In this document: positions 9,185 to 19,780 of the stretch, piece after piece
Numbering within the stretch: the stretch's first letter is position 1
Layout: each line of letters starts with the position of its first letter
Assembly: GCA_947588745.1 (NCBI GenBank)
Contig: CANPYW010000008.1
Span: forward strand, 446 to 64,445
DNA: 64,000 bases
From: Candidatus Gastranaerophilales bacterium
GTDB taxonomy: Bacteria; Cyanobacteriota; Vampirovibrionia; Gastranaerophilales; Gastranaerophilaceae
Direction of reading: 5' to 3'
Position numbers and translations under genes: made by a program
The notes under the pieces: model-generated
What the model was told of the DNA's origin: nothing
Databases searched by the model: none
What the model saw: the letters and a program-made list of their open reading frames with translations, nothing else

Positions 9185-10445
9185 AATTAGATTTTAATTG
9201 TATTTTAAACAAAGTAAAATTATCATCCGAACTAACCAGCTGAATATCCCCCTGTATCATTTCAAGCTGTTTTTTACAAATAGCAAGCCCTAAACCGTTA
9301 CCGGTTGATTTTGTTGTAAATTCGGATTCAAAAATTTTGTTATAATACTGTTCCGGAATTTTTGCACCATCATTTTTTATATAAATATTATAAAAATCAT
9401 CTTCTTTTTTTGTATAAATCTCTATTTTTGAACCTTTATGACAAGCTTCTATTGCATTATAAATAACATTTATTAATGCACATTGTATTTTGATTTTATC
9501 AGACATCAAATCTACATTTAAAATATCTTCAGACGATATATTAACACCGGATTTACTAGCTTTCTCTTTACAAAGTAAAACCGTATCATCAATTAAATCT
9601 TTAATGTTAATAGAAATAATATAAGGAGAAGATAAACATCTTAAATCCGATATTAAAGAAGAAATATTTTCAGAAGAATTTTTTATATTTTTTAATGAAT
9701 TATTAACAGAATCTAATGTGTCATTATCTAAAGAAATTTTTGATAATCGCTTTTCTAGAATTGTAGAATATAAATTTATTACAGATAAACAATTTTTTAT
9801 CTCATGGGAAATAAATTTTGCTTTATCAGCAACAATTTGAGCGACTTCAATTTTATCGTCAAAATTTTCCATTATTTTCTTTTCAACGGCATTAAATATA
9901 ATTTCTTCATTTTTATTATTCAAAACATCTGCAATATTTTCTGTAGCTATGTTCAACAATCTATTTTCACGTCGTTCTGCACTATACATAGATGCAATTT
10001 GCTTATAATCAAAACTTGAATTATCTAAAATTACTCTTGTAATTTCAGAAATAATTTTGGAATTAAATAATAAACAGGCTTTTGCATAATCCGGTTTTTC
10101 TGAAATAGAATAATCCCAAATTAATGCAGAAGAATATCTTTGAGTAAGTATAACAACAAATTGGGTAGATTTCCAAATATTTTCAATCTGTATATTCTCT
10201 ATACCAAAATTTTTTAACTCATCACAAAAAGCATAAATTTTACATTGCGAAAATTTTAAACGGGTTAACAAAGATTTATTTTCGTCAGGATTTTGAAGTT
10301 TTAATAATATACAGCCTTGCGTTTCCTGAAAAGATAAAATTGGGGCTAAAACCGAACTAAAGAGACTATTAATAGTCTCTTTAGCATATTCTCTGTCTGA
10401 AATGTGGAAAATGTATTTATGGAGTGTATTAAATTTAGTTTTCAT
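9183..10445 (-). CDS. Cytoplasmic sensor histidine kinase (HisKA + HATPase_c) with an unassigned ~190 aa N-terminal sensor region
   Basis: 420 aa with no TM segment. H-box FISHEIKNCLSVI, N-box VIYNAIEA, G-boxes KNDGAKIP and STGNGLGLAICK. The N-terminal region looks DICT-like to me, but that is only an impression. Confidence 0.8.
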   Translation of the reverse strand: MKTKFNTLHKYIFHISDREYAKETINSLFSSVLAPILSFQETQGCILLKLQNPDENKSLLTRLKFSQCKIYAFCDELKNFGIENIQIENIWKSTQFVVILTQRYSSALIWDYSISEKPDYAKACLLFNSKIISEITRVILDNSSFDYKQIASMYSAERRENRLLNIATENIADVLNNKNEEIIFNAVEKKIMENFDDKIEVAQIVADKAKFISHEIKNCLSVINLYSTILEKRLSKISLDNDTLDSVNNSLKNIKNSSENISSLISDLRCLSSPYIISINIKDLIDDTVLLCKEKASKSGVNISSEDILNVDLMSDKIKIQCALINVIYNAIEACHKGSKIEIYTKKEDDFYNIYIKNDGAKIPEQYYNKIFESEFTTKSTGNGLGLAICKKQLEMIQGDIQLVSSDDNFTLFKIQLKSN

Positions 10446-10448
10446 AAA

Positions 10449-11159
10449 TTATATAGCCATCTTTAATTTTTTTCTGTTTAAAAAGCCATTATTAATAGCA
10501 TATAAAACAGCTTGTGTTCTATCATTAACCTGTAATTTTTGGAAAATATTATTAACATGAGTTTTAACAGTAGTTTCACTTATAAATAACTGTTTTGCAA
10601 CCCCCTTATATGTAACCCCTTGAGTTAATAGTTCAAGCACTTCTTCTTCTCTTTGTGTAAGATATTGCAATAAATTTTCTTCATTCTGAGCATTTGCAGC
10701 TTCATCTTTGAACTTTTTCTGGAAATATTCAAAAAATCTGGAAGATAGTCCTGAAGGAAGATAAATTTTTCCTTGCATTACTTCTTCAATTGCATATACC
10801 AATTGTGCAGAAGCCATAGTTTTTAAAATATAACCTCTTGCACCAAGTTTTATTGCTCTAAAAATCAAATCAGGATCATCATATCCCGTTAAAGAAATAA
10901 TTTTTGTACCCAAATTCAAATGTTCAATTTCACTTATAGCCGTCAAACCATCCTTTTCCGGCATATTAATATCCATTAAAACTATATCAGGTTGATATTT
11001 TTTAATTAAATTAATAGCGATATTAACATTTGCGGCAGTAGCTATAACATCAAAATCCGTTTCTAAATTAATAAGTTCCCTTATACCCAGTAAATGATCT
11101 AAATTATCATCAACCAATAATATCTTTGTTTTTTTATTAAGCTCTCCGTTTCTTCTCAT
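10449..11159 (-). CDS. Response regulator, NarL/FixJ (LuxR-type HTH) family
   Basis: ORF 11171 (GTG) trimmed to ATG 11159 (MRRNGELNKKTKILLVDDN). Receiver domain with DD, phospho-acceptor VLMDINMP and KLGARGYILK. C-terminal LTQREEEVLELLTQGVTYKGVAKQLFISETTVKTHV. Confidence 0.85.
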   Translation of the reverse strand: MRRNGELNKKTKILLVDDNLDHLLGIRELINLETDFDVIATAANVNIAINLIKKYQPDIVLMDINMPEKDGLTAISEIEHLNLGTKIISLTGYDDPDLIFRAIKLGARGYILKTMASAQLVYAIEEVMQGKIYLPSGLSSRFFEYFQKKFKDEAANAQNEENLLQYLTQREEEVLELLTQGVTYKGVAKQLFISETTVKTHVNNIFQKLQVNDRTQAVLYAINNGFLNRKKLKMAI

Positions 11160-11461
11160 ATACACACTCACGCTCCCTTATAAATACATTGCTTACATTA
11201 TTTATATTACTTATTTTTAGCCCCGACTACATCAATAAAACGATGAATTATTGTAGTTAAAAAGTTCTATATATAGATGTAAATCTTTAGATTAATATAA
11301 AACCTTTATATTTAGTACCGCAAGGATTTTAAGCTTTAGCACTCTTTTATAATTAACAAGAAATAAACCGTTGATAAATACATAAAAAAGCTTATTTTAT
11401 AATTTATCTATTAATATGTTTTTGTTAGAATAAATTTGATATGTATTTAGAAAGGGAGAGT

Positions 11462-12787
11462 ATGGAACATTTCTATGAATTAGTTCAAAATCATTCTATA
11501 GCTATTTCTGCTATTATCTTAATACTTGCATATATATTTATAGCACTTGAAAAAATTCCAAAAGTTACAATAGCACTTTTAGGTGCGGCAGTTGTTGTTT
11601 TTTCGGGGCTTGTAAGTCAGGATAAACTTGCAGACAGTGGCTTAAATGAATTATATTTCATTAATTTTATTGATTTTAACGTAATCTTCTTATTGGTTTC
11701 AATGATGATTATCGTTAATATTACAACAAGATGCGGAGTGTTTAAGTGGGTAGCCATTGAACTTTTAAAAATGACAAAAGGTAAACCTCTTTTAGTTTTG
11801 ATTGCTTTATCATTTTTTACGGCTATACTATCAGCATTCCTTGATAATGTAACAACAGTTATACTTATAATGCCGATTACCTTTGTTGTTGCAAAACAAC
11901 TTGACTTAGATCCCGTTCCATTACTAATTTCAGAAGTTTTTGCTTCTAATATAGGAGGTACATCTACCTTAATCGGAGACCCTCCAAACATTATTATTGG
12001 AAGTGCAGCAGGATTTTCATTCTCTGATTTTCTGTTTGAACTAACAATTATTTGTTTAATTATTATGGTTGCAGTTTTGGCTTTTCTTTACAGCTGTTTT
12101 AAAAAGAAACTTATAACAACTGAAGAGAAAATGGCAAGTATTCAAAATATTGATAATTCAAAAACAATTACAGATTATGCACTTCTGAAAAGAAGTATGC
12201 TAATATTGGCACTGGTTATTATAGGTTTTTTAACTCACGATATTACACACATACAAACTTGCATTATTGCATTCATAGGGGCAAGTATCTTATTATTGTT
12301 TGAAAAACCGGAAGAAACATTTAAAGAAGTTGAATGGAATACCATTTTCTTCTTTATAGGTTTATTCATTATTATAGGTGCTTTTGAAGCAGCTGGCGGC
12401 ATTAAATTAATGGCTGATTGGTTATTAAAAGTTACGGCTGGTTCCCAAAAAATCACAACTTATGTAATTCTTTGGGCTTCAGGAATATTATCAGGAGTAA
12501 TAGATAACATTCCTTATACAGCAACTATGGCACCTATGATTCAAACCATTGAAGAAGCAAAGGGCAGAGATTATGTACTTCCTTTATGGTGGGCTTTATC
12601 TCTCGGAGCTTGTTTAGGTGGAAATCTCACAATGATTGGTGCTGCCGCAAATGTTATCGTATCCGAAAATTCAGCAAAACAAGGTCACCCCATTAAATTT
12701 CTTTCGTTTATGAAATATGGTGTTGTTGTAGTATTTATATCACTAACATTATCATCAGTTTATTTATATATCAGACATTTCATATAA
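11462..12787 (+). CDS. ArsB/NhaD-superfamily (SLC13/citrate-transporter-like) anion permease
   Basis: ORF 11441 trimmed to ATG 11462 behind AAAGGGAGAG. About 12 TM helices. Contains FLDNVTTV and GGTSTLIGDPPNIIIG, plus a second-half repeat SGVIDNIPYTA and GGNLTMIGAAANV typical of this superfamily. Confidence 0.75.
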   Translation: MEHFYELVQNHSIAISAIILILAYIFIALEKIPKVTIALLGAAVVVFSGLVSQDKLADSGLNELYFINFIDFNVIFLLVSMMIIVNITTRCGVFKWVAIELLKMTKGKPLLVLIALSFFTAILSAFLDNVTTVILIMPITFVVAKQLDLDPVPLLISEVFASNIGGTSTLIGDPPNIIIGSAAGFSFSDFLFELTIICLIIMVAVLAFLYSCFKKKLITTEEKMASIQNIDNSKTITDYALLKRSMLILALVIIGFLTHDITHIQTCIIAFIGASILLLFEKPEETFKEVEWNTIFFFIGLFIIIGAFEAAGGIKLMADWLLKVTAGSQKITTYVILWASGILSGVIDNIPYTATMAPMIQTIEEAKGRDYVLPLWWALSLGACLGGNLTMIGAAANVIVSENSAKQGHPIKFLSFMKYGVVVVFISLTLSSVYLYIRHFI

Positions 12788-12801
12788 TCGTATTAAAATC
12801 G

Positions 12802-12830
12802 AAAATACCGGCTAATGCCGGTATTTTTTT
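12802..12830 (+). terminator. Rho-independent terminator of the permease gene
   Basis: AAAATACCGGC-TAAT-GCCGGTATTTTTTT, an 11-bp stem plus T7. Confidence 0.7.
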
Positions 12831-12898
12831 ACCCGTTCACCTTTATTTACGTTTAAAATTTCATAAAAACGGGAATACTACAATTGTAGGAGTTAATT

Positions 12899-13408
12899 AT
12901 GAAAAAGGTATTGTTACTTGATATTCACAATCATCCTATAAATATATGTAGCTGGAAAAGAGCATTAATTTTATTACTTAAAGGGAAAGCAGAAAATGCA
13001 AGGCATCTTAATGACATTGAAAGCATGATAAAAATAGAAAATATTTTAATACCCTGTGTCATAAAGTTAACTTATGAACTGGCAGTTCCGTATCAGGAGC
13101 TGCCTTTTTGCAGAGAAAACATTCTGGTAAGAGATAATTTTGTTTGTCAATATTGCGGAAAGCAGTTTAGTCCGGAAGAACTTACTTTAGACCACGTTTA
13201 TCCGAAATCAAGACTGGGGCCGGATATATGGGAAAATATAGTAGCGTGTTGCAAGGAATGTAATCAAAAAAAGGCTGACAGAACCCCCAGAGAAGCAAGA
13301 ATGAAACTGTTAAGACGACCATATAGACCCAAAGATTATCTTTCATTCGAAATCAAAAAGTATCCGAAAGATGTTACTAAATATTGGCTTGATTATATAG
13401 AAGCATAA
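12899..13408 (+). CDS. Small HNH endonuclease-domain protein
   Basis: 169 aa. CQYCGKQ...LTLDHVYPKSRLG...WENIVACCKECNQKKADRTP (CxxC...DH...N...CxxCN HNH zinc-finger core). SD TAGGAG upstream. Confidence 0.85.
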   Translation: MKKVLLLDIHNHPINICSWKRALILLLKGKAENARHLNDIESMIKIENILIPCVIKLTYELAVPYQELPFCRENILVRDNFVCQYCGKQFSPEELTLDHVYPKSRLGPDIWENIVACCKECNQKKADRTPREARMKLLRRPYRPKDYLSFEIKKYPKDVTKYWLDYIEA

Positions 13409-13410
13409 AA

Positions 13411-13854
13411 CTAATTTTGCGAATAATTTTGCATAGTTTTTTGAGTTAATTTTGTTAAATATGGTACATTATATATTTTGGATAAACAAACTCCCGTACA
13501 AATATACAATAATAAAGATATTACACAAATCTCAAAAAATGAAAAAGACATTCCAAGTGATGAGAAAGTGATAATTTTAAAGAATAGTATTAAGTTCAAT
13601 AATGCTACTATAAAATCAAGAAAAGATATAAGCGAAATCAAATAGAAAATCAATTGCACCGATATTCCAAACAAAAATAAAATTACTCCGATTATAATTG
13701 ACTGTTTTACATTGTACATAAGGAAATATCTTAATCTTCTGCGTGTCAAACGTGAAATAATACATAATATCAAACCGAATATGCCCATTGTAAAATAGGA
13801 TATTATAGACATTATCTTTTCGGCAGGCAAGACTTTTATTTCACTATGCGGCAT
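13411..13854 (-). CDS. Small four-helix membrane protein (possibly Tic20/DUF4870-like)
   Basis: ORF start 13866 trimmed to ATG 13854 (GAGGG 5 nt upstream). Four hydrophobic helices. The segment RRRLRYFLMYNVKQSIIIG resembles the Tic20-family loop. The start overlaps the stop of the TPR gene. Confidence 0.45.
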   Translation of the reverse strand: MPHSEIKVLPAEKIMSIISYFTMGIFGLILCIISRLTRRRLRYFLMYNVKQSIIIGVILFLFGISVQLIFYLISLISFLDFIVALLNLILFFKIITFSSLGMSFSFFEICVISLLLYICTGVCLSKIYNVPYLTKLTQKTMQNYSQN

Positions 13855-14911
13855 CTTCGCCCTCATTATTTTTATTATTTATATATTCCTGAACAATTTC
13901 CAAATAAATTAATTTCAATTCGTCATTATCAGGATTAATATCAACAGCCTGCTTATATACACTGATAGCACTTCTTAAATCTTTTTGCATTACATAAGTA
14001 TTCCCCAAAAGAGTAAACACATTTGAATTAGCAGGTTCAAGCTCTAAAACTTTTTTATACTGTTCAATTGCTTCGTCATACTTTTGGATATTTGAGTACA
14101 TATTACCAAGTAAAATGTATGCATTGGATAAATCAGGATACAATGCAATAGCATTAGTATATATTTCTAAAGCTTTTTCGATATTTTCCTGCTCAACTAA
14201 AGAAATTCCATAACACAATAAAGCCTGATAAGAATTTTTTGACAATTTGATGGCTCGCTCAAACAATACATTTGATTTTTCAACTTTGCCTTGAGCTGCA
14301 AGAGAATTTGCATAATATACCATATAATTTTCATTGTTAGGCTGTAAATCTAAAGCTTTTTTAAAATATTCGCCTGCTTCGGCATATCTATACAACTGCC
14401 TTAATACGAGAGCCGCATTTATATAGTTTTCAGGCAATTTATCATTTAGCATAATAGCTTTTTCGTAATATATAAGTGCCTCATCATAATTTTGCTGGTC
14501 TTGATACAAAAGCCCTATTGCGTTGTATATTTGATAATTATTTTTATCTATACTTAACGCTTTTAGATAGTTATAATTTGCCTGTTTAAAATCGCCGATT
14601 TCAGCATAAGCATTACCTAGGTTATAATAAACCGATACATTATCCACCCCTAAATTGGCAGCCCTTGAATATAAGTTTATAGCATTATGATAATCAGATT
14701 TATAGAAATATACACTTCCTAAATTAGTTAATGCAATAAAATTCTCAGGCTCAAATTCTAAAAGACTGTTATATACGTTTATGACTAAATCATATTCATT
14801 ATTTTTTAAATATATATTAGCCAGCTTTAAATAGTTAACAGACTCATAAGGATTATCAACTATTTCTTTAATTAATTTTTTAATTATTTCTTTATCATCA
14901 ATCTTTTTCAT
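13844..14911 (-). CDS. Tetratricopeptide-repeat (TPR) protein
   Basis: ORF 14947 starts at TTG, and the first ATG is 14911 (MKKIDDKEII...). About 9 consecutive 34-aa TPR units (for example YYNLGNAYAEIGDFKQANYNYLKALSIDKNN). No signal peptide. Confidence 0.75.
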   Translation of the reverse strand: MKKIDDKEIIKKLIKEIVDNPYESVNYLKLANIYLKNNEYDLVINVYNSLLEFEPENFIALTNLGSVYFYKSDYHNAINLYSRAANLGVDNVSVYYNLGNAYAEIGDFKQANYNYLKALSIDKNNYQIYNAIGLLYQDQQNYDEALIYYEKAIMLNDKLPENYINAALVLRQLYRYAEAGEYFKKALDLQPNNENYMVYYANSLAAQGKVEKSNVLFERAIKLSKNSYQALLCYGISLVEQENIEKALEIYTNAIALYPDLSNAYILLGNMYSNIQKYDEAIEQYKKVLELEPANSNVFTLLGNTYVMQKDLRSAISVYKQAVDINPDNDELKLIYLEIVQEYINNKNNEGEDAA

Positions 14912-14924
14912 ATTAGATATTATA

Positions 14925-16073
14925 CTAAATAATAAATCTTGTAGCAAACAAAATCATATCTGTATCTGAAGTAGTTGAATTTATTCTTTTTACATAATTC
15001 ACCATGATTTTAAAATTTTTAAACACATAGTATGTTATACCTGCAGTATATTCATTAGTATGCAAATTATTCTGATTTTTATCGGGGGTAAAATAATCGT
15101 ATCTGCCTATCAATTTTAATTTTGGAGTCAAACTATAAGATAGCAAAGTATAAAATCCGTCTGCTTTATTAGGTGATTCAGAAACGGCATTATATCCGTC
15201 AGAATTTGCATACTCTGCTTTTATGTTAAATTTTTTATAATTACCCAAAGCATATACAGAGTACATATTATAACTTATATGATTTTTGCCGTTTGCATAA
15301 CCTGCACCAAATTTGATATTTGGTTTATTTTCATCCGTTTTAGGAAAGGGTTTAAACATTACATTACCTGTAAAATCAAATCCCTCGCCAAAATCTTTCA
15401 TATATTGCGTACTATCGTAAAAACCAATATCGTAATCTAAATAATCATAAGTAGCAATATTTCTTATACCAACTGAAACTCTATCACCAAAAGTTCTGCC
15501 TAATTGTGATTTTAATATTAAATCAAGCCCATAAGTAGGAAGACTTCCATCATACGAAGAAGGAAGCCTCGCCCCTTGTCCGATTAATATTGTTTGATTT
15601 GGTGTAATTTGATGTGCCACATAAAAACGGGATACCTTTTGGGTAAATTTATTTGAATATCCGGGAATTTCCCTCGTAATATTATAATCAGCCATAAAAC
15701 TTGACTTATTATCATTAAATTTCACGCTTAACATCGGTTCAACAATAGGGAAATTATGTTTTAAACTTTGTCCTTCTCCTCTTATATGTTCATAACTCAT
15801 ATTTTGAGAATATAAAAAATTAGCTTTAATTGAATTTATTGGCGAATTTTCAAACTTTAATCCTTCTTGAGAAAATAACCTTAAAACAATGGGAACATCT
15901 TCTGTTTGCTCAACTTTTCCGTAATATACATCAGATAAATAGTCAAAATAATTTTTTTCGTCATTTTCAAGAACAATTTCTTCTATACACAAGGCAGGTT
16001 GTTTAAAACAAATTAAACAAACAATAAGTATAATGTACTTTACACATAATTTATTCATTAATTTTCTTTTCAA
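14925..16073 (-). CDS. Putative outer-membrane beta-barrel (porin-like) protein
   Basis: 382 aa. Signal peptide ([22 protein letters not shown]). Alternating aromatic/polar strand pattern throughout ([40 protein letters not shown]) and an aromatic-rich C-terminus. The start could instead be ATG 16058. Confidence 0.5.
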   Translation of the reverse strand: MKRKLMNKLCVKYIILIVCLICFKQPALCIEEIVLENDEKNYFDYLSDVYYGKVEQTEDVPIVLRLFSQEGLKFENSPINSIKANFLYSQNMSYEHIRGEGQSLKHNFPIVEPMLSVKFNDNKSSFMADYNITREIPGYSNKFTQKVSRFYVAHQITPNQTILIGQGARLPSSYDGSLPTYGLDLILKSQLGRTFGDRVSVGIRNIATYDYLDYDIGFYDSTQYMKDFGEGFDFTGNVMFKPFPKTDENKPNIKFGAGYANGKNHISYNMYSVYALGNYKKFNIKAEYANSDGYNAVSESPNKADGFYTLLSYSLTPKLKLIGRYDYFTPDKNQNNLHTNEYTAGITYYVFKNFKIMVNYVKRINSTTSDTDMILFATRFII

Positions 16074-16986
16074 AGTATTCTATCGTCTTTTTCAATCCGT
16101 ATTCAATATCAGTATGAGGCTGCCACCCCAGTTTTTCTTTTGCCAATGTTATATCCGGATTTCGCTGCAATGGGTCATCCTGCGGCAATTCTTTATATAC
16201 TATTTCCGATTTAGAATTTGAAAGTTTTACAATTAATTCCGCTATTTCCAAAATAGTTTTTTCGTTCGGATTACCTAAATTAACAGGCCCAATAAAATCA
16301 CTATTCATTAATTTTATAAGAGCCTCAATCATATCATCAACATAACAAAAAGCCCTTGTTTGTTTACCGTTTCCATATACAGTTATTGGTTCATTTTTTA
16401 ACGCCTGAAGTATAAAATTAGAAACAACTCTACCGTCATTTATCGCCATTCGTGGGCCATAAGTATTAAATATTCTGCCAATCCTTATATCTACTTTATT
16501 TATTCTGTAATAATCCATCATTAGTGATTCGGCACAGCGTTTTCCCTCATCATAACAGCTCCTTATACCTATCGGATTTACATTTCCCCAATACGACTCA
16601 ATTTGCGGATGAATTTTGGGATCACCGTATACTTCACTTGTGCTTGCTTGCAATATTTTCGCCCTGCACCGCTTTGCAAGCCCCAGCATATTTATTATTC
16701 CCATGACGGATGTTTTCATAGTCTTTATTGGATTATATTGATAATGAATGGGAGAAGCCGGGCATGCCAAATTGTATATTTCATCAACTTCTACCAAATA
16801 CTCTTTTATGACGTCATGCCTGACAAGTTCAAACTTATTATTACCTATTAAATGCCTTATATTATCTTTATTTCCGGTAAAAAAATTATCTAAACATATT
16901 ATATCATTACCTTCATTTAGCAATTTTTCCGCTAAATGTGAGCCAATAAACCCTGCCCCGCCGGTTATTAAAATTCTTTTCACCAA
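16051..16986 (-). CDS. UDP-glucuronate decarboxylase (UDP-xylose synthase), SDR family
   Basis: 311 aa. [29 protein letters not shown] and YDEGKR, all typical of UXS/ArnA-decarboxylase enzymes. TTG 16986 or GTG 16983 start behind AGAGG. Confidence 0.88.
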   Translation of the reverse strand: MVKRILITGGAGFIGSHLAEKLLNEGNDIICLDNFFTGNKDNIRHLIGNNKFELVRHDVIKEYLVEVDEIYNLACPASPIHYQYNPIKTMKTSVMGIINMLGLAKRCRAKILQASTSEVYGDPKIHPQIESYWGNVNPIGIRSCYDEGKRCAESLMMDYYRINKVDIRIGRIFNTYGPRMAINDGRVVSNFILQALKNEPITVYGNGKQTRAFCYVDDMIEALIKLMNSDFIGPVNLGNPNEKTILEIAELIVKLSNSKSEIVYKELPQDDPLQRNPDITLAKEKLGWQPHTDIEYGLKKTIEYFEKKINE

Positions 16987-16997
16987 TACTACCTCTT

Positions 16998-18812
16998 TTA
17001 TGCCAACACACTATCAGATTGTTTAAACTGCATATCATACAAATGTCTATAATGACCGTTTTCTAAATTTAACAGACTTTCATGCGAACCTTCTTCTACA
17101 ATATTACCATTATTTATTACAATTATCCTGTCTGCATTTTTAACTGTAGAAAGTCTGTGAGCAATTACAAATACAGTTTTATTTTTTGTTAAATTATCAA
17201 GTGCTTTTTGAACTACCGCTTCAGATTCATTATCCAATGCAGATGTAGCCTCATCCAGCACTATTATGGGAGTATTTCTTATCATTGCACGTGCTATCGC
17301 AATTCGTTGTCTTTGACCGCCGGATAAAGAAGTTCCTCTTTCACCAAGCAATGTATCAATACCATTAGGAAGCATTGCAATTAATTCGTTTAAATGAGAA
17401 GCCTCTATTACATTTGCCAACTCTTCTTCAGATGCATTATGATTTCCAAGCAATATATTTTCCCGTATTGTACCTGTAAACAAAAAGTTATCCTGAAAAA
17501 CTACAGAAATTATACTTCTCAAGTCCTTTAACTTAAAATCTCTTATATCCGTTCCGTCAAACTTTATACTTCCCTGTGTTACATCGTAAAATCTTGTTAA
17601 AAGATTTACAAGCGTAGATTTGCCACCGCCGGAATTGCCGACGATAGCAACTGTTTCACCTTTATTAACAACTAAATTTATATTATTAAGAACAGGTTTA
17701 TTGGGTTCATAATAAAAACATACATCATTGAATGATATATTAGAATTTAAGTCTTTTAACTCAACAGTTTCGAGTTTATCTTTTATAGACGGTACATAAT
17801 CAAACAGCTCAAAAACTCTGCCTAATGAAACAAATATATTTTGAAATTTTGTCAGGGTATTTCCAAGGGTTTTTATAGGTTTATACAGTAATAATAATGA
17901 TGTTACAAAAGAGGCAAAAGAACCAGCTGTTATAGTTTCGTCATGAATTAACTTAGTACCGTAAAAGAGTACAAAGGCAATCCCGAATGAAGCTATCAGA
18001 TACATAACAGGCGACATCCAGCCCGCACGTTTTGTAAGCGAAATTAATACATTAAAACTATTATCCAAAGATTTATTGAATAATTTTATTTGTCTTGATT
18101 GAAGATTATAGCCCGATACAACTTTGTTTCCGGAATATGTTTCATTCATAATCGTTGTTATATCACCATTAATTACTATATTTTTATTTGAAGCGGATTT
18201 TATTTTTTTTCGTATAAAAATAATAGGAACAAACGCAAGTGCCAAAACAACAACACCAACAACGGCAAGCTGCCACGAACTATAGAGCATAACAATAATT
18301 AATGATATTGCACCAAACAAACTAACAACAAAACTTTTTATTTGATCGACCAGCATTTTAGCTGCTTCATCGGAATCTGTTAAATATCTGTTTATGACAA
18401 TTCCTGAGGAATTTTCATCAAAAAAAGCAGAATCCATATAAACAAGATTTGCAAATAAATCTTTCTTTACGGCATTTGTCATTTTAAAGCTAGTCCAATC
18501 AGTCAAATATGCGTTTAAATACCTTAACACGCCCTGAAATAGAGCAAAAAATATTATTGCAAAAGGCATTAAGACAGCCAAAAATGAATAAGATATCTCA
18601 TATCCGTTAATAATAAGATTTTGTTCCCCCACAACATAATCCATATAAGGTTTTATGGCAAATGATACTATACCATCCAACAGTCCTACGGGAACAGCTA
18701 TAACAAACCCCAATAAAACACGCCCCATTATTGGTTTTATATATGGGAATATTCTGTTTAAAAGCCACCCGTAATTAAATGATGTTAAAGCATCGGTTTC
18801 TTTTAATTTCAT
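16998..18812 (-). CDS. msbA: ABC transporter, fused permease/ATPase, MsbA-like lipid A/lipid flippase
   Basis: 604 aa. Six-TM ABC exporter domain, then GNSGGGKST (Walker A), [14 protein letters not shown] and [11 protein letters not shown]. Confidence 0.8.
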   Translation of the reverse strand: MKLKETDALTSFNYGWLLNRIFPYIKPIMGRVLLGFVIAVPVGLLDGIVSFAIKPYMDYVVGEQNLIINGYEISYSFLAVLMPFAIIFFALFQGVLRYLNAYLTDWTSFKMTNAVKKDLFANLVYMDSAFFDENSSGIVINRYLTDSDEAAKMLVDQIKSFVVSLFGAISLIIVMLYSSWQLAVVGVVVLALAFVPIIFIRKKIKSASNKNIVINGDITTIMNETYSGNKVVSGYNLQSRQIKLFNKSLDNSFNVLISLTKRAGWMSPVMYLIASFGIAFVLFYGTKLIHDETITAGSFASFVTSLLLLYKPIKTLGNTLTKFQNIFVSLGRVFELFDYVPSIKDKLETVELKDLNSNISFNDVCFYYEPNKPVLNNINLVVNKGETVAIVGNSGGGKSTLVNLLTRFYDVTQGSIKFDGTDIRDFKLKDLRSIISVVFQDNFLFTGTIRENILLGNHNASEEELANVIEASHLNELIAMLPNGIDTLLGERGTSLSGGQRQRIAIARAMIRNTPIIVLDEATSALDNESEAVVQKALDNLTKNKTVFVIAHRLSTVKNADRIIVINNGNIVEEGSHESLLNLENGHYRHLYDMQFKQSDSVLA

Positions 18813-18899
18813 CTACACTCCTAAATACCATATAACTATATTCTATAATGAATATAATTTAGTTTGTAGTTTGATACATAAATTTACGAACTGAAATTA

Positions 18900-18928
18900 T
18901 TGTTTAATAAATTTTTTTTAAGTAAAAT
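18900..18928 (+). promoter_or_regulatory. Candidate sigma70-type promoter for kdsA
   Basis: TTGTTT-N17-TAAAAT, 24 nt upstream of the kdsA ATG. AT-rich background makes chance matches likely. Confidence 0.3.
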
Positions 18929-18951
18929 AGTTTTACATTCGGAGGTTAAAT

Positions 18952-19770
18952 ATGGTAAATGAGGTTAGTTTAAATAATTTTAAAATAGGTTCCGGTAAAA
19001 TAACCATTCTAGCAGGGCCTTGTGCTATGGAATCTAAAGATATTCTTTTTAAAACAGCCGAATACCTCAAAAATTTAACTAATGAATTAAATATCAACTT
19101 TATTTTCAAATGTTCTTTTGACAAAGCAAACAGAAGTTCTATTAACTCATACAGAGGTTTAGGAATAGAAAAAGGACTGGAACTCCTCGCTGCTGTAAAA
19201 AAAGAATTCAATGTTCCTATCGTAACTGATATTCACGAAACCAATCAGGCTCAAATAACTGCTGAAGTTGCTGATATTATTCAAATTCCGGCATTTTTAT
19301 GCCGTCAAACCGATTTACTTGTTGCCGCAGCCAAAACAAATAAAATTGTAAACATAAAAAAAGGTCAATTTCTTGCACCTTCACAAATGAAATCAATTGC
19401 GAATAAAGTTAAAGACTCCGGCAACAACAAGATTATTCTTACTGATAGAGGTGTAACCTTTGGATATAACAATCTTGTTTCAGATATGAGAGCAATCCCA
19501 ATAATGCAAGAAATGGGTTACCCCGTTATATTTGATGCAACCCACAGCGTTCAACTTCCGGGCGGCGGAAACGATTGTTCATCAGGCGAAAGAAAATTTG
19601 TTCCCGTTTTAGCAAAAGCTGCTGTTGCCGCAGGTGCTGACGGGCTATTCTTCGAAGTACACCCCACCCCGAATACAGCTTTATGCGACGGTGCAAATAT
19701 GATTGATTTTCATCAGGCAAAAGAAATATTTACAATTTGCAGAAATATTTTTGATTTAATAAGGCAATAA
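18952..19770 (+). CDS. kdsA: 3-deoxy-8-phosphooctulonate (KDO-8-P) synthase
   Basis: 272 aa. ILAGPCAMES, KCSFDKANRSS, QIPAFLCRQTDL and FDATHSVQLPGG. SD GGAGG upstream. Confidence 0.92.
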   Translation: MVNEVSLNNFKIGSGKITILAGPCAMESKDILFKTAEYLKNLTNELNINFIFKCSFDKANRSSINSYRGLGIEKGLELLAAVKKEFNVPIVTDIHETNQAQITAEVADIIQIPAFLCRQTDLLVAAAKTNKIVNIKKGQFLAPSQMKSIANKVKDSGNNKIILTDRGVTFGYNNLVSDMRAIPIMQEMGYPVIFDATHSVQLPGGGNDCSSGERKFVPVLAKAAVAAGADGLFFEVHPTPNTALCDGANMIDFHQAKEIFTICRNIFDLIRQ

Positions 19771-19780
19771 TTAAACAGCT

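Noticed and set aside
18933-19211. 92-aa minus-strand ORF overlapping the kdsA 5' end
   Set aside because: It is antisense to a strongly supported kdsA frame and has no SD or motifs.
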